A stretch of DNA of 64,000 nucleotides from the human T2T-CHM13v2.0 reference genome, Homo sapiens. Positions 31,201 through 45,812 of this stretch are shown one piece after another. Position numbers and translations under genes: made by a program. How positions within the stretch are numbered: position 1 is the first letter of the stretch; every line of letters begins with the position of its first letter. The stretch lies in assembly GCF_009914755.1 (NCBI RefSeq), contig NC_060937.1; one strand, written 5' to 3'. Under the pieces are notes generated by a model that worked only from the letters and a program-made list of their open reading frames with translations, ran no database searches and was not told the origin of the DNA.

Positions 31201-31500
31201 ATATTTGGGGTACTTTGGTATTTTATGTACAGTATATAATCTATATTTGATGTACTTTCATATTTTATGTACCTAATTTAATATATATTTGATGTAATTT
31301 CATAATTTATGTACAGTATATAATGTATAGTTTGGGTACTTTGATATTTTATGTACACTATAGAATATATATTTGGTGTACTTTGATATATTTTGTACAG
31401 AATAAAATATATATTTGATGTACTTTCATATTTTATGGACAGTATATAATACATGCTTTGGGTACTTTGATATTTTTTGTACAGTATAGAATATATACCT
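28230..31500 (-). repeat. Diverged HSat1A island (distinct subfamily)
   Basis: No 5-bp-deleted units between ~28010 and ~31650. TATTTGGTGTAC replaces TATCTGGTGTAC and CATGTACAG replaces CATGTAGAG. Dense private substitutions at 28740-29260. Confidence 0.8.
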
Positions 31501-34500
31501 TGGGTACTTTGATATTTTATGTACAGTATATAATGTATGGTTTGTGAACTTTGATATTTCATGTAGAGTATAAAATATATATTTGGGGTACATTGATATT
31601 ATATGTACAGTATATAATCTATATTTGATGTACTTTCATATATTATGTACCTAATATATATTTGATGTAATTTCATATTTTATGTACAGTATATAATTTA
31701 CAGTTTGTGTACTTTGTTATTTTATGTACACTATAGAATATATATCTGGTGTACTTTGATATTTTATGTACAGAATAAAATATATATTTAATGTACTTTC
31801 ATATTTTATATACAGTATATAATACATGCTTTGTATACTTTGATATTTTTTGTACAGTATAGAATATATACCTTGGGTACTTGGATATTTTATGTACAGT
31901 ATATAATATATAGTTTGTGAACTTTGATATTTCATGTAGAGTATATAATATATATTTGGGGTACTTTGATATTTTATGTACAGTATATGATCTATATTTG
32001 ATGTACTTCCATATTTTATGTACCTAATATAATATATATTTGATGTAATTTCATATTTTATGTACAGTATATAATGTATAGTTTGGGTACTTTGATATTT
32101 TATGTACACTATAGAATATATATCTGGTGTACTTTGATATTTTATGTACAGAATAAAATATATATTTGATGTACTTTCATATTTTATGTACAGTATATAA
32201 TACACGCTTTGGGTACTTTGATATTTTTTGTACAGTATAGAATATATATCATGGGTACTTTGATATTTTATGTACAGTATATAATATATAGTTTGTGAAC
32301 TTTGATATTTCATGTACAGTATAAAATATATATTTGGGGTACTTTGGTATTTAATATACAGTATATAATCTATATTTGATATGCTTTCATATTTTATGTA
32401 CCTAATATAATACATATTTGATGTAATTTCATATTTTATGTACAGTATATAATGTATAGTTTGGGTACTTTTATATTTTATGTACACTATAGAATATATA
32501 TCTGGTGTACTTTGATATTTTATGTACAGAATAAAATATATATTTGATGTACTTTCATATTTTATGTACAGTATATAATACATGCTTTGGGTACTTTGAT
32601 ATTTTTTGTATAGTATAGAATATATACCTTGGGTACTTTGATATTTTATGTACAGTATATAATATATGGTTTATGAACTTTGATATTTCATGTAGAGTAT
32701 AAAATATATATTTGGGGTACATTGATATTTTATGTACAGTATATAATCTATATTTGATGTACTTTCATATTTTATGTACCTAATATATATTTGATGTAAT
32801 TTCATATTTTATGTACAGTATATAATTTATAGTTTTTTTACTTTGTTATTTTATGTACACTATAGAATATATATCTGGTGTACTTTGATATTTTATGTAC
32901 AGAATAAAATATATATGTGATGTACTTTCATATTTTATATACAGTATATAATACATGCTTTGGGTACTTTCATATTTTTTGTACAGTATAGAATATATAC
33001 CTTGGGTACTTGGATATTTTATGTACAGTATATAATATATAGTTTGTGAACTTTGATATTTCATGTAGAGTATATAATATATATTTGGGGTACTTTGATA
33101 TTTTATGTACAGTATATAATCTGTATTTGATGTACTTTCATATTATATGTACCTAATATAAATTTGATGTAATTTCATATTTTATGTACAGTATATAATG
33201 TATAGTTTGGGTACTTTGATATTTTATGTACACTATAGAATATATATCTGGTGTACTTTGATATTTTATGTACAGAATAAAATATATATTTGATGTACTT
33301 TCATATTTTATGTACAGTGTATAATACATGCTTTGGGTACTTTGATATTTTTTGTACAGTATAGAATATATACCTTGGGTACTTTGATATTTTATGTACA
33401 GTATATAATATATAGTTTGTGAACTTTGATATTTCATGTACAGTATATAATATATATTTGGGGTACTTTGATATTTTATGTACAGTATATAATCTATATT
33501 TGATGTACTTTCATATTTTATGTACCTAATATATATTTGATGTAATTTCATATTTTATGTACAGTATATAATGTATAGTTTGGGTACTTTGATATTTTAT
33601 GTACACTATAGAATATATATCTGGTTTACTTTGATATTTTATGTACAGAATAAAATATATATTTGATGTACTTTCATATTTTATGTACAGTATATAATAC
33701 ATGCTTTGGGTACTTTGATATTTTTTGTACACTATAGAATATATACCTTGGGTACTTTGATATTTTATGTACAGTATATAATGCATGGTTTGTGAACTTT
33801 GATATTTCATGTAGAGTATAAAATATATATTTGGGGTACATTGATATTATATGTACAGTACATAATCTATATTGGATGTACTTTCATATTTTATGTACCT
33901 AATATATATTTGATGTAATTTCATATTTTATGTACAGTATATAATTTATAGTTTGTGTACTTTGTTATTTTATGTACACTATAGAATATATATCTGGTGT
34001 ACTTTGATATTTCATGTACAGAATAAAATATATATTTAATGTATTTTCATATTTTATATACAGTATATAATACATGCTTTGGGTACTTTGATATTTTTTG
34101 TACAGTATAGAATATATACCTTGGGTACTTTGATATTTTATGTACAGTATATAATATATAGTTTGTGAACTTTGATATTTCATGTAGAGTATAAAATATA
34201 TATTTGGGGTACTTTGATATTTTATGTACAGTATATAATCTATATCAGATGTACTTTCATATTTTATGTACCTAATATAATATATATTTGATGTAATCTC
34301 ATATTTTATGTACAGTGTATAATGTATAGTTTGGGTACTTTGATATTTTATGTACACTATAGAATATATATCTGGTGTACTTTGATATTTTGTGTACAGA
34401 ATAAAATATATATTTGATGTACTTTCATATTTTATATACAGTATATAATACATGCTTTTGGTACTTTGATATTTTTTGTATAGTATAGAATATATACCTT

Positions 34501-35199
34501 GGGTACTTTGATATTTTATGTACAGTATATAATATATGGTTTGTGAACTTTGATATTTCATGTAGAGTATAAAATATATATTTGGGGTACATTGATATTT
34601 TATGTACAGTATATAATCTATATTTGATGTACTTTAACATTTTATGTACCTAATATATATTTGATGTAATTTCATATGTTATGTACAGTATATAATTTAT
34701 AGTTTGTGTACTTTGTTATTTTATGTACACTATAGAATATATATCTGGTGTACTTTGATATTTTATGTACAGAATAAAATATATATTTGATGTACTTTCA
34801 TATTTTATGTACAGTATATAATACCTGCTTTGGGTACTTTGATATTTTTTGTACAGTATAGAATATATACCTTGGGTACTTTGATATTTTATGTGTAGTA
34901 TATAATATATAGTTTGTGAACTTTGATATTTCATGTAGAGTATATAATATATATTTGGGGTACTTTGATATTTTATGTACAGTATATAATCTATATTTGA
35001 TGTACTTTCATATTTTATGTACCTAATATATATTTGATGTAATTTCATACTTTATGTACAGTATATAATGTATAGTATGGGTATTGTGATATTTTATGTA
35101 CACTATAGAATATATATCTGGTGTACTTTGATATTTTATGTACAGAATAAAATATATATTTGATGTACTTTCATATTTTATGTACAGTATATAATACAT

Positions 35200-38100
35200 G
35201 CTTTGGGTACTTTGATATTTTTTGTACAGTATAGAATATATACCTTCGGTACTTTGATATTTTATGTACAGTATATAATATATGGTTTGTGAATTTTGAT
35301 ATTTCATGTAGAGTATAAAATATATATTTGGGGTACATTGATATTATATGTACAGTATATAATCTATATTTGATATACTTTCATATTTTATGTACCTAAT
35401 ATATATTTGATGTAATTTCATATTTTATCTACAGTATATAATGTATAGTTTGGGTACTTTGATATTTTATGTACACTATAGAATATATATCTGGTGTACT
35501 TTGGTATTTTATGTACAGAATAAAATATATATTTCATGTAATTTCATATTTTATGTACAGTATATAATACATGCTTTGGGTACTTTGATATTTTTCGTAC
35601 AGTATAGAATATATACCTTGGGTACTTTGATATTTTATGTACAGTATATAATGTATGGTTTGTGAACTTTGATATTTCATATAGAGTATAAAATATATAT
35701 TTGGGGTACATTGATATTATATGTACAGTATATAATCTATATTTGATGTACTTTCATATTTTATGTACCTAATATATATTTGATGTAATTTCATATTTTA
35801 CGTAAAGTATATAATTTATAGTTTGTGTACTTTGTTATTTTATGTACACTATAGAATACATATCTGGTGTACTTTGATATTTTATGTACAGAATAAAATA
35901 TATATTTAATGTATTTTCATATTTTGTATACACTATATAATACATGCTTTGGGTAATTTGATATTTTTTGTACAGTATAGAATATATACCTTCGGTACTT
36001 TGATATTTTATGTACAGTATATAATATATAGTTTGTGAACTTTGATATTTCATGTAGAGTATATAATATATATTTGGGGTACTTTGATATTTTATGTACA
36101 GTATATAATCTATATCTGATGTACTTTCATATTTTATGTAGCTAATATAATATATATTTGATGTAATCTCATATTTCATGTACAGTATATAATGTATAGT
36201 TTGGGTACTTTGATATTTTATGTACACTATAGAATATATATCTGGTGTACTTTGATATTTTATGTACAGAATAAAATATATATTTGATGTACTTTCATAT
36301 TTTATGTACAGTATATAATACACGCTTTGGGTACTTTGATATTTTTTGTACAGTATAGAATATATACCTTCGGTACTTTGATATTTTATGTACAGTATAT
36401 AATATATGGTTTGTGAATTTTGATATTTCATGTAGAGTATAAAATATATATTTGGGGTACATTGATATTATATGTACAGTATATAATCTATATTTGATAT
36501 ACTTTCATATTTTATGTACCTAATATATATTTGATGTAATTTCATATTTTATCTACAGTATATAATGTATAGTTTGGGTACTTTGATATTTTATGTACAC
36601 TATAGAATATATATCTGGTGTACTTTGGTATTTTATGTACAGAATAAAATATATATTTCATGTACTTTCATATTTTATGTACAGTATATAATACATGCTT
36701 TGGGTACTTTGATATTTTTCGTACAGTATAGAATATATACCTTGGGTACTTTGATATTTTATGTACAGTATATAATGTATGGTTTGTGAACTTTGATATT
36801 TCATATAGAGTATAAAATATATATTTGGGGTACATTGATATTATATGTACAGTATATAATCTATATTTGATGTACTTTCATATTTTATGTACCTAATATA
36901 TATTTGATGTAATTTCATATTTTACGTAAAGTATATAATTTATAGTTTGTGTACTTTGTTATTTTATGTACACTATAGAATACATATCTGGTGTACTTTG
37001 ATATTTTATGTACAGAATAAAATATATATTTAATGTATTTTCATATTTTGTATACACTATATAATACATGCTTTGGGTAATTTGATATTTTTTGTACAGT
37101 ATAGAATATATACCTTGGGTACTTTGATATTTTATGTACAGTATATAATATATAGTTTGTGAACTTTGATATTTCATGTAGAGTATATAATATATATTTG
37201 GGGTATTTTGATATTTTATGTACAGTATATAATCTATATCTGATGTACTTTCATATTTTATGTAGCTAATATAATATATATTTGATGTAATCTCATATTT
37301 CATGTACAGTATATAATGTATAGTTTGGGTACTTTGATATTTTATGTACACTATAGAATATATATCTGGTGTACTTTGATATTTTATGTACAGAATAAAA
37401 TATATATTTGATGTACTTTCATATTTTATGTACAGTATATAATACACGCTTTGGGTACTTTGATATTTTTTGTACAGTATAGAATATATACCTTGGGTAC
37501 TTTGACATTTTATGTACAGTATATAATATATAGTTTGTGAACTTTGATATTTGATGTACAGTATAAAATATATATTTGTGTTACTTTGGTATTTAATGTG
37601 CAGTATATAATCTATATTTGATGTGCTTTCATATTTTCTGTACCTAATATAATATATATTTGATGTAATTTCATATTTTATGTACAGTATATAATACATG
37701 CTTTGGGTACTTTGATATTTTTTGTACAGTATAGAATATATAACTTGGGTACTTTGATATTTTATGTACAGAATAAAATATATATTTGATGTAGTTTCAT
37801 ATTTTATGTACAGTATATAATACATGCTTTGGGTACTTTGATATTTTTCGTACAGTATAGAATATATACCTTGGGTACTTTGATATTTTATGTACAGTAT
37901 ATAATGTATGGTTTGTGAACTTTGATATTTCATATAGAGTATAAAATATATATTTGGGGTACATTGATATTATATGTACAGTATATAACCTATATTTGAT
38001 GTACTTTCATATTTTATGTACCTAATATATATTTGATGTAATTTCATATTTTACGTAAAGTATATAATTTATAGTTTGTGTACTTTGTTATTTTATGTAC

Positions 38101-38950
38101 ACTATAGAATACATATCTGGTGTACTTTGATATTTTATGTACAGAATAAAATATATATTTAATGTATTTTCATATTTTGTATACACTATATAATACATGC
38201 TTTGGGTAATTTGATATTTTTTGTACAGTATAGAATATATACCTTGGGTACTTTGATATTTTATGTACAGTATATAATATATAGTTTGTGAACTTTGATA
38301 TTTCATGTAGAGTATATAATATATATTTGGGGTACTTTGATATTTTATGTACAGTATATAATCTATATCTGATGTACTTTCATATTTTATGTAGCTAATA
38401 TAATATATATTTGATGTAATCTCATATTTCATGTACAGTATATAATGTATAGTTTGGGTACTTTGATATTTTATGTACACTATAGAATATATATCTGGTG
38501 TACTTTGATATTTTATGTACAGAATAAAATATATATTTGATGTACTTTCATATTTTATGTACAGTATATAATACACGCTTTGGGTACTTTGATATTTTTT
38601 GTACAGTATAGAATATATACCTTGGGTACTTTGACATTTTATGTACAGTATATAATATATAGTTTGTGAACTTTGATATTTGATGTACAGTATAAAATAT
38701 ATATTTGTGTTACTTTGGTATTTAATGTGCAGTATATAATCTATATTTGATGTGCTTTCATATTTTCTGTACCTAATATAATATATATTTGATGTAATTT
38801 CATATTTTATGTACAGTATATAATACATGCTTTGGGTACTTTGATATTTTTTGTACAGTATAGAATATATAACTTGGGTACTTTGATATTTTATGTACAG
38901 AATAAAATATATATTTGATGTAGTTTCATATTTTATGTACAGTATATAAT
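35200..38950 (-). repeat. ~1.12-kb (three-HOR) unit in three overlapping tandem copies
   Basis: Offsets 1124 (35441/36565, 35835/36959) and 1129 (36959/38088). Markers TTTACGTAAAG, ATGTAGCTAAT and ATACACGCT each occur three times. Confidence 0.85.
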
Positions 38951-39216
38951 ACATGCTTTGGGTACTTTGATATTTTTTGTACAGTATAGAATATATACCT
39001 TGGGTACTTTGATATTTTATGTACAGTATATAATATATGGTTTGTGAACTTTCATATTTCATGTAGAGTATAAAATATATATTTGAGGTACATTGATATT
39101 TTATGTACAGTATATAATCTATATTAGATGCACTTTCATATTTTATGTACCTAATATATATTTGATGTAATTTCATATTTTATGTACAGCATATAATTTA
39201 TAGTTTTTGAACTTTG

Positions 39217-42200
39217 TTATTTTATGTACACTATAGAATATATATCTGGTGTACTTTGATATTTTCTGTACAGAATAAAATATATATTTGATGTACTTTC
39301 ATATTTTATGTACAGTACATAATACATGCTTTGGGTACTTTGATATTTTTTGTACAGTATAGAATATATACCTAGGGTACTTTGATATTTTATATACAGT
39401 ATATAATATATAGTTTGTGAACTTTGATATTTCATGTACCGTATAAAATATATATTTGGGGTACTTTGGTATTTCATGTACAGTATATAATCTATATTTG
39501 ATGTGCTTTCATATTTTATGTACCTAATATAATATATATTTGATGTAATTTCATATTTTATGTACAGTATATAATGTATAGTTTGGGTACTTTGATATAT
39601 TATGTACACTATAGAATATATATCTGGTGTACTTTGATATTTTATGTACAGAATAAAATATATATTTGATGTACTTTCATATTTTATGTACAGTATATAA
39701 TACATGCTTTGGGTACTTTGATATTTTTTGTACAGTATAGAATATATACCTTGGGTACTTTGATATTTTATGTACAGTATATAATATATGGTTTGTGAAT
39801 TTTGATATTTCATGTAGAGTGTAAAATATATATTTGGGGTACATTGATATTATATGTACAGTATATAATCTATATTTGATATACTTTCATATTTTATGTA
39901 CCTAATATATATTTGATGTAATTTCATATTTTATGTACAGTATATAATGTATAGTTTGGGTACTTTGATATTTTATGTACACTATAGAATATATATCTGG
40001 TGTACTTTGATATTTTATGTACAGAATAAAATATATATTTGATGTACTTTCATATTTTATGTACAGTATATAATACATGCTTTGGGTACTTTGATATTTT
40101 TCGTACAGTATAGAATATATACCTTGGGTACTTTGATATTTTATGTACAGTATATAATGTATCGTTTGTGAACTTTGATATTTCATGTAGAGTATAAAAT
40201 ATATATTTGGGGTACATTGATATTATATGTGCATTATATAATCTATATCTGATGTACTTTCATATTTTATGTACCTAATATATATTTGATGTAATTTCAT
40301 ATTTTACGTACAGTATATAATTTATAGTTTGTGTACTTTGTTATTTTATGTACACTATAGAATACATATCTGGTGTACTTTGATATTTTATGTACAGAAT
40401 AAAATATATATTTAATGTATTTTCATATTTTGTATACAGTATATATTACATGCTTTGGGTACTTTGATATTTTTTGTACAATATAGAATATATACCTTGG
40501 GTACTTTGATATTTTATGTACAGTATATAATATATAGTTTGTGAACTTTGATATTTCATGTAGAGTATATAATATATAATTGGGGTACTTTGATATTTTA
40601 TGTGCAGTATATAATCTATATCTGATGTACTTTCATATTTTATGTACCTAATATAATATATATTTGATGTAATTTCATATTTTATGTACAGTATATAATG
40701 TATAGTTTGGGTACTTTGATATTTTATGTACACTATAGAATATATATCTGGTGTACTTTGATGTTTTATGTACAGAATAAAATATATTTTTGATGTACTT
40801 TCATATTTTATGTACAGTATATAATACATGCTTTGGGTACTTTGATATTTTTTGTATAGTATAGAATATATACCTTGGGTACTTTGATATTTTATGTACA
40901 GTATATAATATATGGTTTGTGAACTTTGATATTTCATGTAGAGTATAAAATATATATTTGGGGTATTTTGGTATTTAATGTACAGTATATAATCTATATT
41001 TGATGTACTTTCATATTTTATGTAGCTAATATAATATATATTTGATGTAATTTCATATTTTATGTACAGTATATAATGTATAGTTTGGGTACTTTTGATA
41101 TTTTATGTACTCTATAGAATATATATCTGGTGTACTTTGATATTTTATGTACAGAATAAAATACATATTTGATGTACTTTCATATTTTAGGTACAGTATA
41201 TAATACATGCTTTGTGTACTTTGATATTTTTTGTACAGTATAGAATATATACCTTGGGTACTTTGATATTTTATGTACAGTATATAATATATGGTTTGTG
41301 AACTTTGATATTTCATGAAGAGTATAAAATATATATTTGGGGTACATTGATATTATATGTACAGTATATAATCTATATTTGATTTACTTTCATATTTTAT
41401 GTACCTAACATATATTTGATGTAATTTCATATTTTATGTACAGTATATAATTTATAGTTTGTGTACTTTGTTATTTTATGTACACTATAGAATATATATC
41501 TGGTGTACTTTGATATTTTATGTACAGAATAAAATATATATTTGATGTACTTTCATATTTTATATAGAGTATATAATACATGCTTTGGGTACTTTGATAT
41601 TTTTTGTACAGTATAGAATATATACTTTGGGTACTATGATATTTTATGTACAGTATATAATATATAGTTTGTGAACTTTGATATTTCATGTAGAGTATAT
41701 AATATATATTTGGGGTACTTTGATATTTTATGTACAGTATATAACCTATATTTGATGTACTTTCATATTTTATGTACCTAATAGATATTTGATGTAATTT
41801 CATATTTTATGTACAGTATATAATGTATAGTTTGTGTACTTTGTTATTTTATGTACACTATAGAATATATATCTGGTATACTTTGATATTTTTTGTACAG
41901 AATAAAATATATACTTGATGTATTTTCATATTTTATGTACAGTATATAATACATGCTTTGGTTACTTAGATATTTTTTGTACAGTATAGAATATATACCT
42001 TGGGTACTTGGATATTTTATGTACAGTATATAATGTATAGTTTGTGAACTTTGATATTTCATGTAGAGTATATAATATATATTTGGGGTACTTTGATATT
42101 TTATGTACAGTATATAATCTATATCTGATGTACTTTAATATTTTATGTACCTAATATAATATATATTTGATGTAATTTCATATTTTATGTACAGTATATA

Positions 42201-45200
42201 ATGTATAGTTTGGGTACTTTGATATTTTATGTACACTATAGAATATATATCTGGTGTACTTTGATATTTTATGTACAGAATAAAATATATATTTGATGTA
42301 CTTTCATATTTTATGTACAGTATATAATACATGCTTTGGGTACTTTGATATTTTTTGTACAGTATAGAATATATACCTTGGGTACTTTGATATTTTATGT
42401 AAAGTATATAATATATGGTTTGTGAACTTTGATATTTCATGTAGAGTATAAAATATATATTTGGGGTACATTGATATTTTATGTACAGTATATAATCTAT
42501 ATTTGAGGTACTTTCATATTTTATGTACCTAATATATATTTGATGTAATTTCATATTTTATGTACAGCATATCATTTTAATTTTTTTACTTTGTTATTTT
42601 ATGTACACTATAGAATATATATCTGGTGTACTTTGATATTTTATGTACAGAATAAAATATATGTGTGATGTACTTTCATATTTTATATAGAGTATATAAT
42701 ACATGCTTTGGGTACGATGATATTTTTTGTACAGTATAGAATATATACCTTGGGTACTTGGATATTTTATGTACAGTATATAATATATAGTTTGTGAACT
42801 TTGATATTTCATGTAGAGTATATAATATATATTTGGGGTACTTTGATATTTTATGTACAGTATATAATCTATATTTGTTGTACTTTCATATTTTATGTAC
42901 CTAATATAAATTTGATGTAATTTCATATTTTTTGTACAGTATATAATGTATAGTTTGGGTACTTTGATATTTTATGTACACTATAGAATATATATCTGGT
43001 GTACTTTGATATTTTCTGTACAGAATAAAATATATATTTGATGTACTTTCATATTTTATGTACAGTATATAATACATGCTTTGGGTACTTTGATATTTTT
43101 TGTACAGTATAGAATATATACCTTGGGTACTTTGATATTTTATGTACAGTATATAATATATTGTTTGTGAACTTTGATATTTCATGTACCGTATAAAATA
43201 TATATTTGGGGTACTTTGGTATTTCATGTACAGTATATAATCTATATTTGATGTGCTTTCATATTTTATGTACCTAATATAATATATATTTGATGTAATT
43301 TCATATTTTATGTACAGTATATAATGTATAGTTTGGGTACTTTGATATATTATGTACACTATAGAATATATATCTGGTGTACTTTGATATTTTATGTACA
43401 GAATAAAATATATATTTGATGTACTTTCATATTTTATGTACAGTATATAATACATGCTTTGGATACTTTGATATTTTTTGTACAGTATAGAATATATACC
43501 TTGGGTACTTTGATATTTTATGTACAGTATATAATATATGGTTTGTGAATTTTGATATTTCATGTAGAGTGTAAAATATATATTTGGGGTACATTGATAT
43601 TATATGTACAGTATATAATCTATATTTGATATACTTTCATATTTTATATACCTAATATATATTTGATGTAATTTCATATTTTACGTACAGTATATAATGT
43701 ATAGTTTGGGTACTTTGATATTTTATGTACACTATAGAATATATATCTGGTGTACTTTGATATTTTATGTACAGAATAAAATATATATTTGATGTATTTT
43801 CATATTTTATGTACAGTATATAATACATGCTTTGGGTACTTTGATATTTTTCGTACAGTATAGAATATATACCTTGGGTACTTTGATATTTTATGTACAG
43901 TATATAATGTATCGTTTGTGAACTTTGATATTTCATGTAGAGTATAAAATATATATTTGGGGTACATTGATATTATATGTGCAGTATATAATCTATATCT
44001 GATGTACTTTCATATTTTATGTACCTAATATATATTTGATGTAATTTCATATTTTACGTACAGTATATAATTTATAGTTTGTGTACTTTGTTATTTTATG
44101 TACACTATAGAATACATATCTGGTGTACTTTGATATTTTATGTACAGAATAAAATATATATTTAATGTATTTTCATATTTTGTATACAGTATATATTACA
44201 TGCTTTGGGTACTTTGATATTTTTTGTACAGTATAGAATATATACCTTGGGTACTTTGATATTTTATGTACAGTATATAATATATGGTTTGTGAACTTTG
44301 ATATTTCATGTAGAGTATAAAATATATATTTGGGGTATTTTGGTATTTAATGTACAGTATATAATCTATATTTGATGTACTTTCATATTTTATGTAGCTA
44401 ATATAATATATATTTGATGTAATTTCATATTTTATGTACAGTATATAATGTATAGTTTGGGTACTTTTGATATTTTATGTACACTATAGAATATATATCT
44501 GGTGTACTTTGGTATTTTATGTACAGAATAAAATATATATTTGATGTACTTTCATATTTTATGTACAGTATATAATACATGCTTTGGGTACTTTGATATT
44601 TTTTGTACAGTATAGAATATATACCTTGGGTACTTTGATATTTTATGTACAGTATATAATATATGGTTTGTGAACTTTGATATTTCATGAAGAGTATAAA
44701 ATATATATTTGGGGAACATTGATATTATATGTACAGTATATAATCTATATTTGATGTACTTTCATATTTTATGTACCTAATATATATTTGATGTAATTTC
44801 ATATTTTATGTACAGTATATAATTTATAGTTTGTGTACTTTTTTATTTTATGTACACTATAGAATATATATCTGGTGTACTTTGATATTTTATGTACAGA
44901 ATAAAATATATATTTGATGTACTTTCATATTTTATATAGAGTATATAATACATGCTTTGGGTACTTTGATATTTTTTGTACAGTATAGAATATATACTTT
45001 GGGTACTATGATATTTTATGTACAGTATATAATATATAGTTTGTGAACTTTGATATTTCATGTAGAGTATATAATATATATTTGGGGTACTTTGATATTT
45101 TATGTACAGTATATAACCTATATTTGATGTACTTTCATATTTTATGTACCTAATATATATTTGGTGTAATTTCATATTTTATGTACAGTATATAATGTAT

Positions 45201-45812
45201 AGTTTGTGTACTTTGTTATTTTATGTACACTATAGAATATATATCTGGTGTACTTTGATATTTTATGTACAGAATAAAATATATACTTGATGTACTTTCA
45301 TATTTTATGTACAGTATATAATACATGCTTTGGTTACTTTGATATTTCTTGTACAGTATAGAATATATACCTTGGGTACTTTGATATTTTATGTACAGTA
45401 TATAATGTATAGTTTGTGAACTTTGATATTTCATGTAGAGTATATAATATATATTTGGGGTACTTTGATATTTTATGTACAGTATATAATCTATATCTGA
45501 TGTACTTTCATATTTTATGTACCTAATATAATATATATTTGATGTAATTTCATATTTTATGTACAGTATATAATGTATAGTTTGGGTACTTTGATATTTT
45601 ATGTACACTATAGAATATATATCTGGTGTACTTTGATATTTTATGTACAGAATAAAATATATATTTGATGTACTTTCATATTTTATGTACAGTATATAAT
45701 ACATGCTTTGGGTACTTTGATATTTTTTGTACAGTATAGAATATATACCTTGTGTACTTTGATTTTTTATGTACAGTATATAATGTACGGTTTGTGAACT
45801 TTGATATTTCAT
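39217..45812 (-). repeat. ~3.75-kb tandem duplication with one 378-bp HOR missing from one copy
   Basis: Offset 3750 (39902/43652, 39813/43563), then 3372 (41053/44425, 41471/44843, 41844/45216). Markers CATGTACCGTA, ATCGTTTGTG and CATGAAGAG. Confidence 0.85.
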
